From contig OZ241867.1 of assembly GCA_965203175.1 (NCBI GenBank), forward strand, positions 5,536,001 through 5,600,000: a DNA stretch of 64,000 nucleotides, in the 5' to 3' direction. Positions 56,224 to 64,000 of this stretch are shown in pieces. The translations under genes and the position numbers were made by a program. The notes beneath the pieces are model-generated. The model ran no database searches. It was not told where the DNA came from and saw nothing but the letters and a program-made list of their open reading frames with translations. The stretch is from Candidatus Latescibacterota bacterium. Lineage in GTDB: Bacteria; Latescibacterota; UBA2968; UBA8231. Position 1 is the stretch's first letter. Each line of letters starts with the position of its first letter.

Positions 56224-57001
56224 GTGCTTCTTGCTTGTTAAAGCGAAAAATTCGCTGTGCCCGCGCCGATAGCTGGTCCATAATCTCCGCTGGCAGCGGA
56301 TCGGCCGCTTTGTATTGGTAGCCCAAGGTCGGGAAGTAGCGGTGGTACACCAGCGACATCATGGTGCGGCGGCAGTTCGTGCGGTTGGGCGTGGCCCGGT
56401 GCCAGACGCGCATGTCGCGCACTACGGTAGAACCAGCCGGCATGTTGGTGCGCATCGACGGCATAGTCAATGCACGCTCTTCCAAGCCGCCCGCTCGCCC
56501 CACATCCGCCGGGTCAATGGTAGCCTCGTGATCCGTAATCAGATGCGTGCCCGGCCACACCTCCGTGCTGCCGTTTTCCTCTGTAAAGTTCACCAACGGG
56601 ATGTTCACGACCATCATATGCGGCGGCATGGCAATGGGCAAATCGGGGAAGAGATGCAGTTGGTCGCGGTGGACAACTTGCGTCTCCAGCCAGTTGGGCT
56701 CCGTGGAGTTGCAGTGATAGGGCAGCTTGGCCCAAAAATCCTCGCCGAGCATGACGTCCAAAATCTGCACGGCCCAAGGATTTTCAATTGCCAGCGGATC
56801 AATAAAGGGAGGACGCAACAAATCGCCCAGCGTCCGGCCTTCCAAATGACCGTCCCAAGCCTCGCGCATTGCATCGCACCACACCCGGTCCATGGTCTCC
56901 TCCAAAATGACGAATCCCGCTTCCCGCACTTGGCGCACTGCCTCGGCCAAAGTGTCATCGGCGAGGCGGTGCTGTTCAATTTCTTGTGTCGATAGTTTCA
57001 T
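56210..57001 (-). CDS. PhyH family dioxygenase
   Basis: Q.VHRD, NIPLV.FT.ENGSTEVWPGTH, RD.RVWHR. Confidence 0.85.
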   Translation of the reverse strand: MKLSTQEIEQHRLADDTLAEAVRQVREAGFVILEETMDRVWCDAMREAWDGHLEGRTLGDLLRPPFIDPLAIENPWAVQILDVMLGEDFWAKLPYHCNSTEPNWLETQVVHRDQLHLFPDLPIAMPPHMMVVNIPLVNFTEENGSTEVWPGTHLITDHEATIDPADVGRAGGLEERALTMPSMRTNMPAGSTVVRDMRVWHRATPNRTNCRRTMMSLVYHRYFPTLGYQYKAADPLPAEIMDQLSARAQRIFRFNKQEAHGQN

Positions 57002-57103
57002 AAAAATCTCGTCGATCCTACTGCAAAGCTATTGTCATGGTCAAGGTTTGATCCCACTCCTATATTAAGCGCCGATTCCCTAAACTGCACCCCCGGAGTC
57101 TTC

Positions 57104-58033
57104 ATGCAGACCACCATTTTAGGCCGCACTAACCTAACCGTCTCGCGCATGGGCTTAGGCGCTGGCGGCCACAGCCGAATCGGGCGCAACATTGGCTTAA
57201 CCGACGCCCAATCCGCCGACCTCGTTCGCCGTGCCTTAGACCACGGCGTCAACTTCATCGACACGGCCGAAGGCTATGGCACTGAAGCCATCATTGGCCA
57301 AGCTCTACAGGGCCGCGACCGCACCTCCGTCGTCCTCTCCACCAAAAAATCCACCCGCAACGAACAGGTCACACCCGACACTTTGCAAATCAGCCTCGAC
57401 CAGAGCCTAAAGCACCTAGGCACCGACTACATCGACCTCTACAATCTCCACGGCGTCGTGCCCCAAGACTACGCCTATCTCGTCAACGACGTTTATCCCG
57501 CGCTGCAAAAGGCGCAGCAACAGGGCAAAATACGCTTCGTCGGTCTTAGCGAGATGTTCAACGAGGACTTCGAACACACCATGCTCCAGCAGGCTCTAGC
57601 CGACGACCTCTGGGATGTCCTAATGGTCGGCTTCAATCTGCTCAACCAGACCGCCCGGGCCAACGTCTTCGCGCAGGCCATCGCGCAAAACGTCGGCATC
57701 CAAATCATGTTCGCCATCCGAAAGGCACTTAGCCACCCCGACAACCTGCGCGCATTCACCGACGCCCTCGTCGAAAAGGGGCAAATCGACCTCGCCGACC
57801 TCGACTCCTTTCCCGACTTCCTGCTGGCCGAAGCCCCATCCCTACCTGATGCCGCCTACCGCTTCTGCCGCGACGAGCCGGGCGTCCACGTCGTCCTCTC
57901 CGGCACGGGCAACGCCGACCACCTCGACGCCAACCTCGCGTCTTTCGCCCGCCCGCCACTGACGCAAAAGACACGCGACCGACTCATCCACATCTTCCGC
58001 CGCGTCAATTCTACTACGGGGCAAGCGGTGTAG
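57104..58033 (+). CDS. Aldo/keto reductase
   Basis: LGRT.L.VS..GLG, NFIDTAEGYG, LSTK, LGTDYIDLYNLH, GKIRFVGLS. Confidence 0.9.
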   Translation: MQTTILGRTNLTVSRMGLGAGGHSRIGRNIGLTDAQSADLVRRALDHGVNFIDTAEGYGTEAIIGQALQGRDRTSVVLSTKKSTRNEQVTPDTLQISLDQSLKHLGTDYIDLYNLHGVVPQDYAYLVNDVYPALQKAQQQGKIRFVGLSEMFNEDFEHTMLQQALADDLWDVLMVGFNLLNQTARANVFAQAIAQNVGIQIMFAIRKALSHPDNLRAFTDALVEKGQIDLADLDSFPDFLLAEAPSLPDAAYRFCRDEPGVHVVLSGTGNADHLDANLASFARPPLTQKTRDRLIHIFRRVNSTTGQAV

Positions 58034-58046
58034 GGAGGATATAGTA

Positions 58047-58304
58047 ATGACTCCGTTTGAAAAATGTCCAGTGTGCAGTGGCGATATTGTTAAAAAGGAA
58101 GTCGAGAAAGTCCTACGTGTTGGCAATAACACGGAGATCGTGAAAGTTCAAGCTTTGGTTTGTCTTCGTTGTGGCGAACGCTTTTATACGCCCGAGGTTG
58201 TAAGACTTTTTGAAGAGATCAGATCAAAACTGAACGATGCGGAAATGGCTAATGCCAAAAATACAACGCTTCAGACTAAGAAAGACAATACCGGCTCACT
58301 GTAA
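58047..58304 (+). CDS. YgiT-type zinc-finger protein (putative orphan antitoxin)
   Basis: CPVCSG...VCLRCGERFY; RBS GGAGGA; low GC. Confidence 0.8.
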   Translation: MTPFEKCPVCSGDIVKKEVEKVLRVGNNTEIVKVQALVCLRCGERFYTPEVVRLFEEIRSKLNDAEMANAKNTTLQTKKDNTGSL

Positions 58305-58341
58305 TCGGATCCATATATAGCGTCTTCATGGTTGGGTTCCA

Positions 58342-58674
58342 TTAGCTCGTTGGGTGTGCTAACTCGTCCAGTGCCACATTGAGCACGCCCGCGAGTCTAC
58401 GGAATAATTTGAGTGTACCAGGCTTCTGTCCGTTCTCAATCTGCGACAGATACCCTTTCGAGACGCCCACTTGCTTGGCCAGCGCGTCCAGCGTGAATTC
58501 GCGGTGCTTCCGCCACACGCGCAAGGGCGATTCGCCAACGAGAATGGCCTTTACGACTTCACCCGGAATCGTCTCGCCTGCCGCGTCTTCGGCCCATGCC
58601 TGTTCGATAGCCGTAGAATCGGCCGCGTCCTCAAGTGCGGCGACCATCTGGTCGATCTTCGCCATCAGCAACAC
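58342..58674 (-). CDS. XRE-HTH antitoxin-like regulator (orphan, start uncertain)
   Basis: ED..D..A......E.IP.EVV..IL.GESPLRVWRK.R..T...LA..VGVS..YLSQIENG. Confidence 0.75.
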   Translation of the reverse strand: MLLMAKIDQMVAALEDAADSTAIEQAWAEDAAGETIPGEVVKAILVGESPLRVWRKHREFTLDALAKQVGVSKGYLSQIENGQKPGTLKLFRRLAGVLNVALDELAHPTS

Positions 58675-58778
58675 CTTTTGCTCGTCGTTGAGCGAGTAGT
58701 CTAGATTGAACTAGTAGACACTCAATAAGTAAGCATACTCAATGACACGGCCTTAGTCCGGCGTTACCGCGTCACTCA

Positions 58779-59651
58779 CTAGCCTTTCATCAGCGAACAG
58801 ATAAGATCTTTAGATCGTCCTGCGACAATCCGGCTTTGCTGAAAAGAGGCTCTGTTTATTCTCTTGATGATATAATCGTTGCTATCGTTTAAAGGAAGTA
58901 ACAACTCCTTTTCAGGGGTCGAAGTAGGCGCCACGATGACATCGTAAGCAATAGGAAGCCAACTTCCATACACTTGGTCTCGCTTATGCGCGGGTTGAAC
59001 GATGACGACACCATGGCTCCCAATGACAAAGCTTCTTCTCGGCTGGCGAATGACAGCGATAAGCAAACCTGTTTTACGAGAGAAGCACTTCACATCAGAT
59101 TTAAGGTGGGGGTGCTCACCAGAAGCAAAGCCTGCCTTGGTGTTTTGCTTCATAGCGGGTTTGGCTCCGCTAAGGATAGGATTCGAATCGAGAAATTCCC
59201 TGTTAGGAGGATCTATTCCTTGTTGGAGCAATAGGCGCTCAATCGCCATATGAAAAACATCGTCATACTGCTCATCAAGCCTTAGCATTTCCTCTGCAAA
59301 TTCTGGCGTCCGCCGACACGAAGCATGATAGAATCGGGTCCAAGATAGTCTCTCCTCCACGGAGAGCTTGGGATGTTCATTGTTTCGAACACACTGTATG
59401 ATTCTTCGGATAACGGGCGCTGCGCGGCTTTCAATCCGGCTTAGTTCCTCTTCAGCTTCATAACTGTAGTTCCCTTGATCGAGATTTAATGTTCGATAGA
59501 GATTTCTCTGCACAAAAATATTTGTCGGAGTACCTGGATACAGTTTTCCTTTCTCTTTGTCGTATACCCATAAACGATTCTTGTCATCAAGAAAGTTATT
59601 GAGCAGTATCTTCGGAATGTAATGATGTCGTTTTGGATCATTAGAACTCAT
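58779..59651 (-). CDS. DUF4238 domain protein
   Basis: KRHHYIPK.LL.NF...LWVYDK...NLY...E..LS.IE; low GC. Confidence 0.8.
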   Translation of the reverse strand: MSSNDPKRHHYIPKILLNNFLDDKNRLWVYDKEKGKLYPGTPTNIFVQRNLYRTLNLDQGNYSYEAEEELSRIESRAAPVIRRIIQCVRNNEHPKLSVEERLSWTRFYHASCRRTPEFAEEMLRLDEQYDDVFHMAIERLLLQQGIDPPNREFLDSNPILSGAKPAMKQNTKAGFASGEHPHLKSDVKCFSRKTGLLIAVIRQPRRSFVIGSHGVVIVQPAHKRDQVYGSWLPIAYDVIVAPTSTPEKELLLPLNDSNDYIIKRINRASFQQSRIVAGRSKDLICSLMKG

Positions 59652-59719
59652 TTACGTGTGATCCCTTTTTCAAAAGTGTCCTTTTGGTTCCAATAATATC
59701 GCTCGACTCCCCTCGCCCC

Positions 59720-60583
59720 CTACCCCTTAAGCGCCCCCACAGTAATCCCCTTCGTCAAGTATTGCTGCAGAAAAGCATACACCAACATCGTCGGAGCCAT
59801 AATCAGCACCAACCCGGCAAAGGCCATGCCCCAATCGCTGCGATACTGACTGACAATAGTGATGTTGGCCAGCCCCAACGGCAGCGTGCGCAACGCCTGC
59901 GACCCCTCCCCAGACAGGAACATAAAGGCCATGAAAAACTCGTTCCAAGTCCCCAAAAAGGCGAATATACCCACCGTAATAAGCCCCGGCCGCGCCAACG
60001 GCAACATAATCGACCAAAACGCCCGGAACTCCCCCGCCCCATCTATCAGCGCCGATTCGTGCAACCCAGAGGGCAAAGACTTGAAAAACCCCGTGAGAAT
60101 AAAGATGGCAAACGGCATCCCAAAGGCCACATAGACTATCAAGATGCCCAGCCGCGAGTTGAGCAGTCCAAAATCCTTCATCTGAAAAAAGAGTGGCACA
60201 ATCGACAGTTGCAACGGAATCATCAACCCGGCCAAGAAGTAGAAAAACATCGGCCGCACGCCAAAAAAGCTAAAGCGCGCCAGCGCATAGGCCGCCATCG
60301 CCGCCAGCAGCATGGAGACCGCCACCGTCGAGATAGTCAAAAAGACGCTGTTGAAGAAATAGTCGCCGAAGTGCCCCTTAGTCCAAGCGTTGGCAAAGTT
60401 GATCCACTGCAAGGCGTCAATCTCGGGCAAGCTGAAAGGATTGAGAAAAATCTCGCGATCCGTCTTCAGCGAGGTGTAGAGCAGCCACAGCATCGGATAA
60501 ACCACAACCGTCAGATAGCCGCATAGCACCAGATAGACAAAAGGTTTGGCAAAAGAAAATTTGCGTTGCTCGGCCATACTCAA
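59720..60583 (-). CDS. Carbohydrate ABC transporter permease (MalG type)
   Basis: ESALIDGA EAA loop, WNEFF, TLPLGL, GALKG C-terminus. Confidence 0.92.
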   Translation of the reverse strand: MSMAEQRKFSFAKPFVYLVLCGYLTVVVYPMLWLLYTSLKTDREIFLNPFSLPEIDALQWINFANAWTKGHFGDYFFNSVFLTISTVAVSMLLAAMAAYALARFSFFGVRPMFFYFLAGLMIPLQLSIVPLFFQMKDFGLLNSRLGILIVYVAFGMPFAIFILTGFFKSLPSGLHESALIDGAGEFRAFWSIMLPLARPGLITVGIFAFLGTWNEFFMAFMFLSGEGSQALRTLPLGLANITIVSQYRSDWGMAFAGLVLIMAPTMLVYAFLQQYLTKGITVGALKG

Positions 60584-62877
60584 AACTCCACAGCTTCGCG
60601 CTTCATCGCGCGCAAGGTCGCGGTGGTGCCAAAGAAGACGATCAAAAAGAGCAGCACTGCAATCGCGGTGGCCTCCCCCACCTTGAACTCAGTAAACATA
60701 GCCTGCACCATCCGCGTGCCAATCACGTGGTTGTCGGTCGTCGGCCGCTGATTGGTCAACAGCCAAATCACCTCAAACGCCTTCATCCCGCCGATGATCA
60801 TAAACACAATCGCTATCGACAGGATTTCCCAAATCAGTGGCATGGTAATCGACCAAAACTGCCGCCATGCCGAGGCCCCGTCGATGTCGGCCGCCTCGTA
60901 CATGCTCTGCGGAATGCTCTCCATCGCCGCCAAAAACAGCACCATGTTGAACCCAGCCGCGCCCCAGATCGACATGGGTATCAGCGCCCAGTAGAGGTTG
61001 TCCTGCGCCAGCCAAGCAAACCCCTCAAACCCCTCCAAGCCCAAGGCCACCAACACCGTATTGATCGGCCCACCCTGTGGATTGTATAAGTGCATCCACA
61101 GCAAAGTCGCCGCGACCCCGCCGAGAATATTGGGAAAAAAGAAGACGATGCGGAAGAGCTTGGCCCCAATGACCTCGCGGCTGATGCACACCGCCAGAAA
61201 AAGCGCCAGCGGCAACACGCAAAGCGGGATGACAAACATGATGAAGAGATTGTTCGACAGCGCAATCCAAAACTCGTCGCTCTCAAACAGCAACCGTTGG
61301 AAGTGCAACAGCCCGACGAAAACCATCTCGGTCAGCCCATCCCAGCGCATCGCGCTCCAGACAAAGGACTTGATACTGGGCACCACCACGAAGAGCGTAT
61401 AGAATGCCGCCGCCGGACCGACGAAGAACACCACCCCAGCCCAGCCTAGGCGCACGGTGCTAGTAGGTCGGGGCACTTGGCCAGCCTGTTTTTCGCGCCA
61501 CTGCCGCGCCGTCGTGTACAACCAGTAGCCCATCGCCAGCGCCAACAGCCCCAACAGCAGCGCAGGTTTCCACAGGTGGCGAATGGTAATTTGGTCGGGT
61601 TGCTGACTGCGATTGCGCACCGCCTCAGCCGCTGACTCCAGCTCTTGGGCTGCCTCCTCCGGCGTGATCTGCCCATTGACGATCTTGAAGCGCACGTCGT
61701 TGAGAAACTGGTCCATCTCCGGGAAGCCTTCGCCCGGAGCAGTGCCATAGCTCGTAGTCGCCTGCTGCGCTAGTTCCACCAAGTCCTGCAAATCTTCGCT
61801 AGTCCGTCCCTCCATCGCCCCATTAATGGCCACCAAAACATCGCGCATCTCGGCGAAGGTGCCTGCCATTTCCCGCGAGCTCATAAAGCGCAAAAAATCC
61901 ACGCCCAACTCGGGGTGGGCGCTGTTTTTGAAGACAAAGTAATACCCGGCACCAGTATATATGGCACCGGGTTCGCCAGCTCCTCCCTCGACCACTGGCA
62001 AATTAAACGCCCCCAAGCGGAAGCCATCGGGGATTTTGCCCATCATCTCGCTCTTGAGCCAAGAGCCGCAAAAAACCATCGCCGTATGCCCCAAGAAAAA
62101 CTCGAGTTGCGCCTCGGTGTGGCTCATGCCGAGGGCACCGGGTTGGAAGTACTCCTGCGCCGTGCGCTGAATAAGCCCGAGCGCTGTCTCGTATTCGGGG
62201 TTGGCAAAACTGCCCGGCACTAGATCCTTCTGCTCGTAGAATCGGGCGCGGCCAGCGAGATGATAATAGGCATTGTCGGTCACGCCGCCGATATAGCCTG
62301 GATAGCGCCCCTGAAAGGCCAGCGGCCAGATCCCTGCGGCGCGGATTTGCTCACAGAGAGCGAAAAACTCGTCCCAAGTGCGCGGCGGTACCCAGCCGTG
62401 CTCTGCGAACATGTTCTTGTTATACCAGACGGCGTAAACCGAATAGAGGAAGGGGAGGCCGTAAATCTTGCCTTCGTACTCATAGCGGTCGAGGCTACCG
62501 GGCAGGAAGGACTCACGCCAAGTCTGGTCCCCGTTCCAATTTGGTCCGTCCAAATAGTCGTCGAGGGGCAGGATTTCGCCGTTGCGGATCAGCGCCCAAT
62601 AATTGAGACCCGCGTTGCTGACTTCCGGAAACGTCCCTTCGAGAATCCGCACCCGCACCTTGTCGGCGATGCGCGGATCGCCGTAGAGATCAACCTGCAC
62701 ATCGGGACGGACTTTTTCGTATTCGCGTGCGGCAAAAAAGAAAAATTCCAATCCCGCACCACCCTCAAAAATGGGCACTTCAACGCGAGTCGCCGCTTGC
62801 GCTGTCGCCGAGCCGCCAAGCAGCCCCAGCACAACGACCGTCCAGCCGATGACTTTGTTAGGCGTTATTATTTTCAA
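60580..62877 (-). CDS. Fused sugar-binding protein + ABC permease (MalE-MalF type fusion)
   Basis: Signal peptide; SBP_bac_1 motifs (GKIYGLP, YNK..F...G..PP.TWDEF); then TM helices and the EAADIDGA EAA loop in a single open frame. Confidence 0.85.
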   Translation of the reverse strand: MKIITPNKVIGWTVVVLGLLGGSATAQAATRVEVPIFEGGAGLEFFFFAAREYEKVRPDVQVDLYGDPRIADKVRVRILEGTFPEVSNAGLNYWALIRNGEILPLDDYLDGPNWNGDQTWRESFLPGSLDRYEYEGKIYGLPFLYSVYAVWYNKNMFAEHGWVPPRTWDEFFALCEQIRAAGIWPLAFQGRYPGYIGGVTDNAYYHLAGRARFYEQKDLVPGSFANPEYETALGLIQRTAQEYFQPGALGMSHTEAQLEFFLGHTAMVFCGSWLKSEMMGKIPDGFRLGAFNLPVVEGGAGEPGAIYTGAGYYFVFKNSAHPELGVDFLRFMSSREMAGTFAEMRDVLVAINGAMEGRTSEDLQDLVELAQQATTSYGTAPGEGFPEMDQFLNDVRFKIVNGQITPEEAAQELESAAEAVRNRSQQPDQITIRHLWKPALLLGLLALAMGYWLYTTARQWREKQAGQVPRPTSTVRLGWAGVVFFVGPAAAFYTLFVVVPSIKSFVWSAMRWDGLTEMVFVGLLHFQRLLFESDEFWIALSNNLFIMFVIPLCVLPLALFLAVCISREVIGAKLFRIVFFFPNILGGVAATLLWMHLYNPQGGPINTVLVALGLEGFEGFAWLAQDNLYWALIPMSIWGAAGFNMVLFLAAMESIPQSMYEAADIDGASAWRQFWSITMPLIWEILSIAIVFMIIGGMKAFEVIWLLTNQRPTTDNHVIGTRMVQAMFTEFKVGEATAIAVLLFLIVFFGTTATLRAMKREAVEF

Positions 62878-62963
62878 AAGAACTGCTAGAAGTCGGCGGT
62901 TGCTCTAGGCCTGTTTGTCATGGCAACCTCTCGTAAAGAATTGATATAAACGGCCTTTTGCAT

Positions 62964-63008
62964 AAAAACACCCTCTGCGAGAGAAGTGCCGCCTCTCTCG
63001 CAGAGGGT
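62964..63008 (-). terminator. Intrinsic terminator after the secreted-protein gene
   Basis: Perfect 15-bp stem ACCCTCTGCGAGAGA (62970-62984) / TCTCTCGCAGAGGGT (62994-63008), followed on the minus strand by GTTTTT. Confidence 0.85.
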
Positions 63009-63026
63009 AAAAAGCAGAAAGAAAAC

Positions 63027-63923
63027 CTACTTGCTAAAACTCGCCTTGATCCGCGCCCACGATCGGTCCTCAACCGCAGTAGCGTCGTCGGCACCGACTA
63101 GCTGGCCATCAACGAAGCGCTCGGCAAAGCGGAAGGTCGCCGCTTGGCCGGAGAGGGTATGATAGCCCCGGTACTCCTGAGGAGCCTTGTCGAAGTCCGG
63201 CATGGCGATCTGGAAGCCAATGATGTGGCCGGGCTCCAAGTCCGTAGCCACGCTGGCCGCTTGGTCGCTAAAGACGATATCGTCATAGGGCGTGACGTAG
63301 ATTTCGAGAATCGACGTAGTTGGTGCTTCGCCGACCGACTTGCCGCCACCATCGCTCAGAGGCGGCGAGTTGAGCCAGTCGGCCCGGCCGGGATAGCCCA
63401 AAAATCGCCCGTCGGGCGAATCGAAAATCGCGTTCCATTTCTGGGCTTGGCGATTTTGGTTGAGCGCCTTCTCCTCGTCGGTCATGGTCTCGTCGTTGCC
63501 AAAATTGTACTGGCCACCGGAGTGGTCGCCATCCACCATGAACTCGACCGAATCGTGCTGCCACACCGAAGCGGGTGCACCGCCGGCGTACTCGTTGATG
63601 TACACATCGTCGGTGCGCTCGGCCGCGAGGTAAAGCCGATTGTTGGTGTTGTTCCAACCCAGCCAGACCCGGTAGTCCATATCGGCTGGGTTGTACTGAG
63701 CACCGTCGCCAACGGTCGGATCAGCGAAAAAATCCTCCGGCGTGAGCGAAGCGTCGCCGACCACATCCTCCCAATCTGAGATATCCCCATCGAAGAGGTC
63801 GATATCCCCTAAATCGGCATCCGGGATTTCGAAGATCAGAAAGATCTTTTCGCCGATGTGGGCATGGGCACTGCCAGCCAGCACGAGGGCCAGCATGAGG
63901 CAAAACGTACTGATGAGTCGCAT
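63027..63923 (-). CDS. Secreted CBM9/DOMON-like protein with C-terminal AVE..SWARIKA motif
   Basis: ATG 63923 follows AAAGGAGG; signal peptide AHA; DGDISDW, LGWN...LYLA...DD, DSVEFMVDGD; ends TAVEDRSWARIKASFSK. Confidence 0.65.
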   Translation of the reverse strand: MRLISTFCLMLALVLAGSAHAHIGEKIFLIFEIPDADLGDIDLFDGDISDWEDVVGDASLTPEDFFADPTVGDGAQYNPADMDYRVWLGWNNTNNRLYLAAERTDDVYINEYAGGAPASVWQHDSVEFMVDGDHSGGQYNFGNDETMTDEEKALNQNRQAQKWNAIFDSPDGRFLGYPGRADWLNSPPLSDGGGKSVGEAPTTSILEIYVTPYDDIVFSDQAASVATDLEPGHIIGFQIAMPDFDKAPQEYRGYHTLSGQAATFRFAERFVDGQLVGADDATAVEDRSWARIKASFSK

Positions 63924-64000
63924 AAAAGCACCTCCTTTGGGTTTGCTTTTAAGTGCGCGTCGCCGGTGTAAGCGACCTTGGTTCACTCTCCGAGCACATC

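Noticed and set aside
1-64000. Numerous 60-340 aa alternative-frame and antisense ORFs (e.g. 9235..10251, 9680..10471, 31199..31975, 59684..60526)
   Set aside because: They overlap well-supported genes, are Arg/Pro/Ala-rich and have no motifs; typical shadow ORFs of high-GC DNA.
1-64000. CRISPR arrays, tRNA/rRNA genes, integrases, transposases
   Set aside because: No repeat-spacer array, cloverleaf or recombinase motif was seen by eye, and intergenic regions are short. A covariance search was not possible.

Overview
GC-rich bacterial chromosomal window with about 60 genes and no rRNA, tRNA, CRISPR array, integrase or transposase that I can see. Four PhyH-type dioxygenases, an ankyrin protein, Gfo/Idh/MocA oxidoreductases, secreted proteins with NxPNPFN Ig-like C-terminal domains and a 'SWARIKA' C-terminal motif suggest an FCB-group/Latescibacterota-like organism, possibly a sponge symbiont (inference only). 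The housekeeping core is recJ, apgM and rsmB-PASTA-rpe-ffh-rpsP-rimM-trmD-rplS. Transport and envelope modules are ExbB-ExbD-ExbD, DHOR-porin-Rieske behind a DtxR-like box, a DUF4398 lipoprotein with an active and a dead L,D-transpeptidase, YbbAP/TesA, and a sugar ABC system with a binding-protein/permease fusion. The clearest defence system is a SPARTA operon (TIR-APAZ + short prokaryotic Argonaute, 25.7-28.6 kb), a known system, here with an ambiguous pAgo start. The most unusual feature is architectural: at three convergent operon junctions (25.0-28.6, 46.5-48.8 and 58.0-59.7 kb), lower-GC defence/TA genes are appended head-to-tail to the last gene of both flanking operons, several as orphan antitoxins (one keeps a stub of its BrnT toxin). 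A Fic gene is flanked by an exact 21-bp duplication of the 3' end of the upstream gene, which may hint at how such cassettes are acquired.
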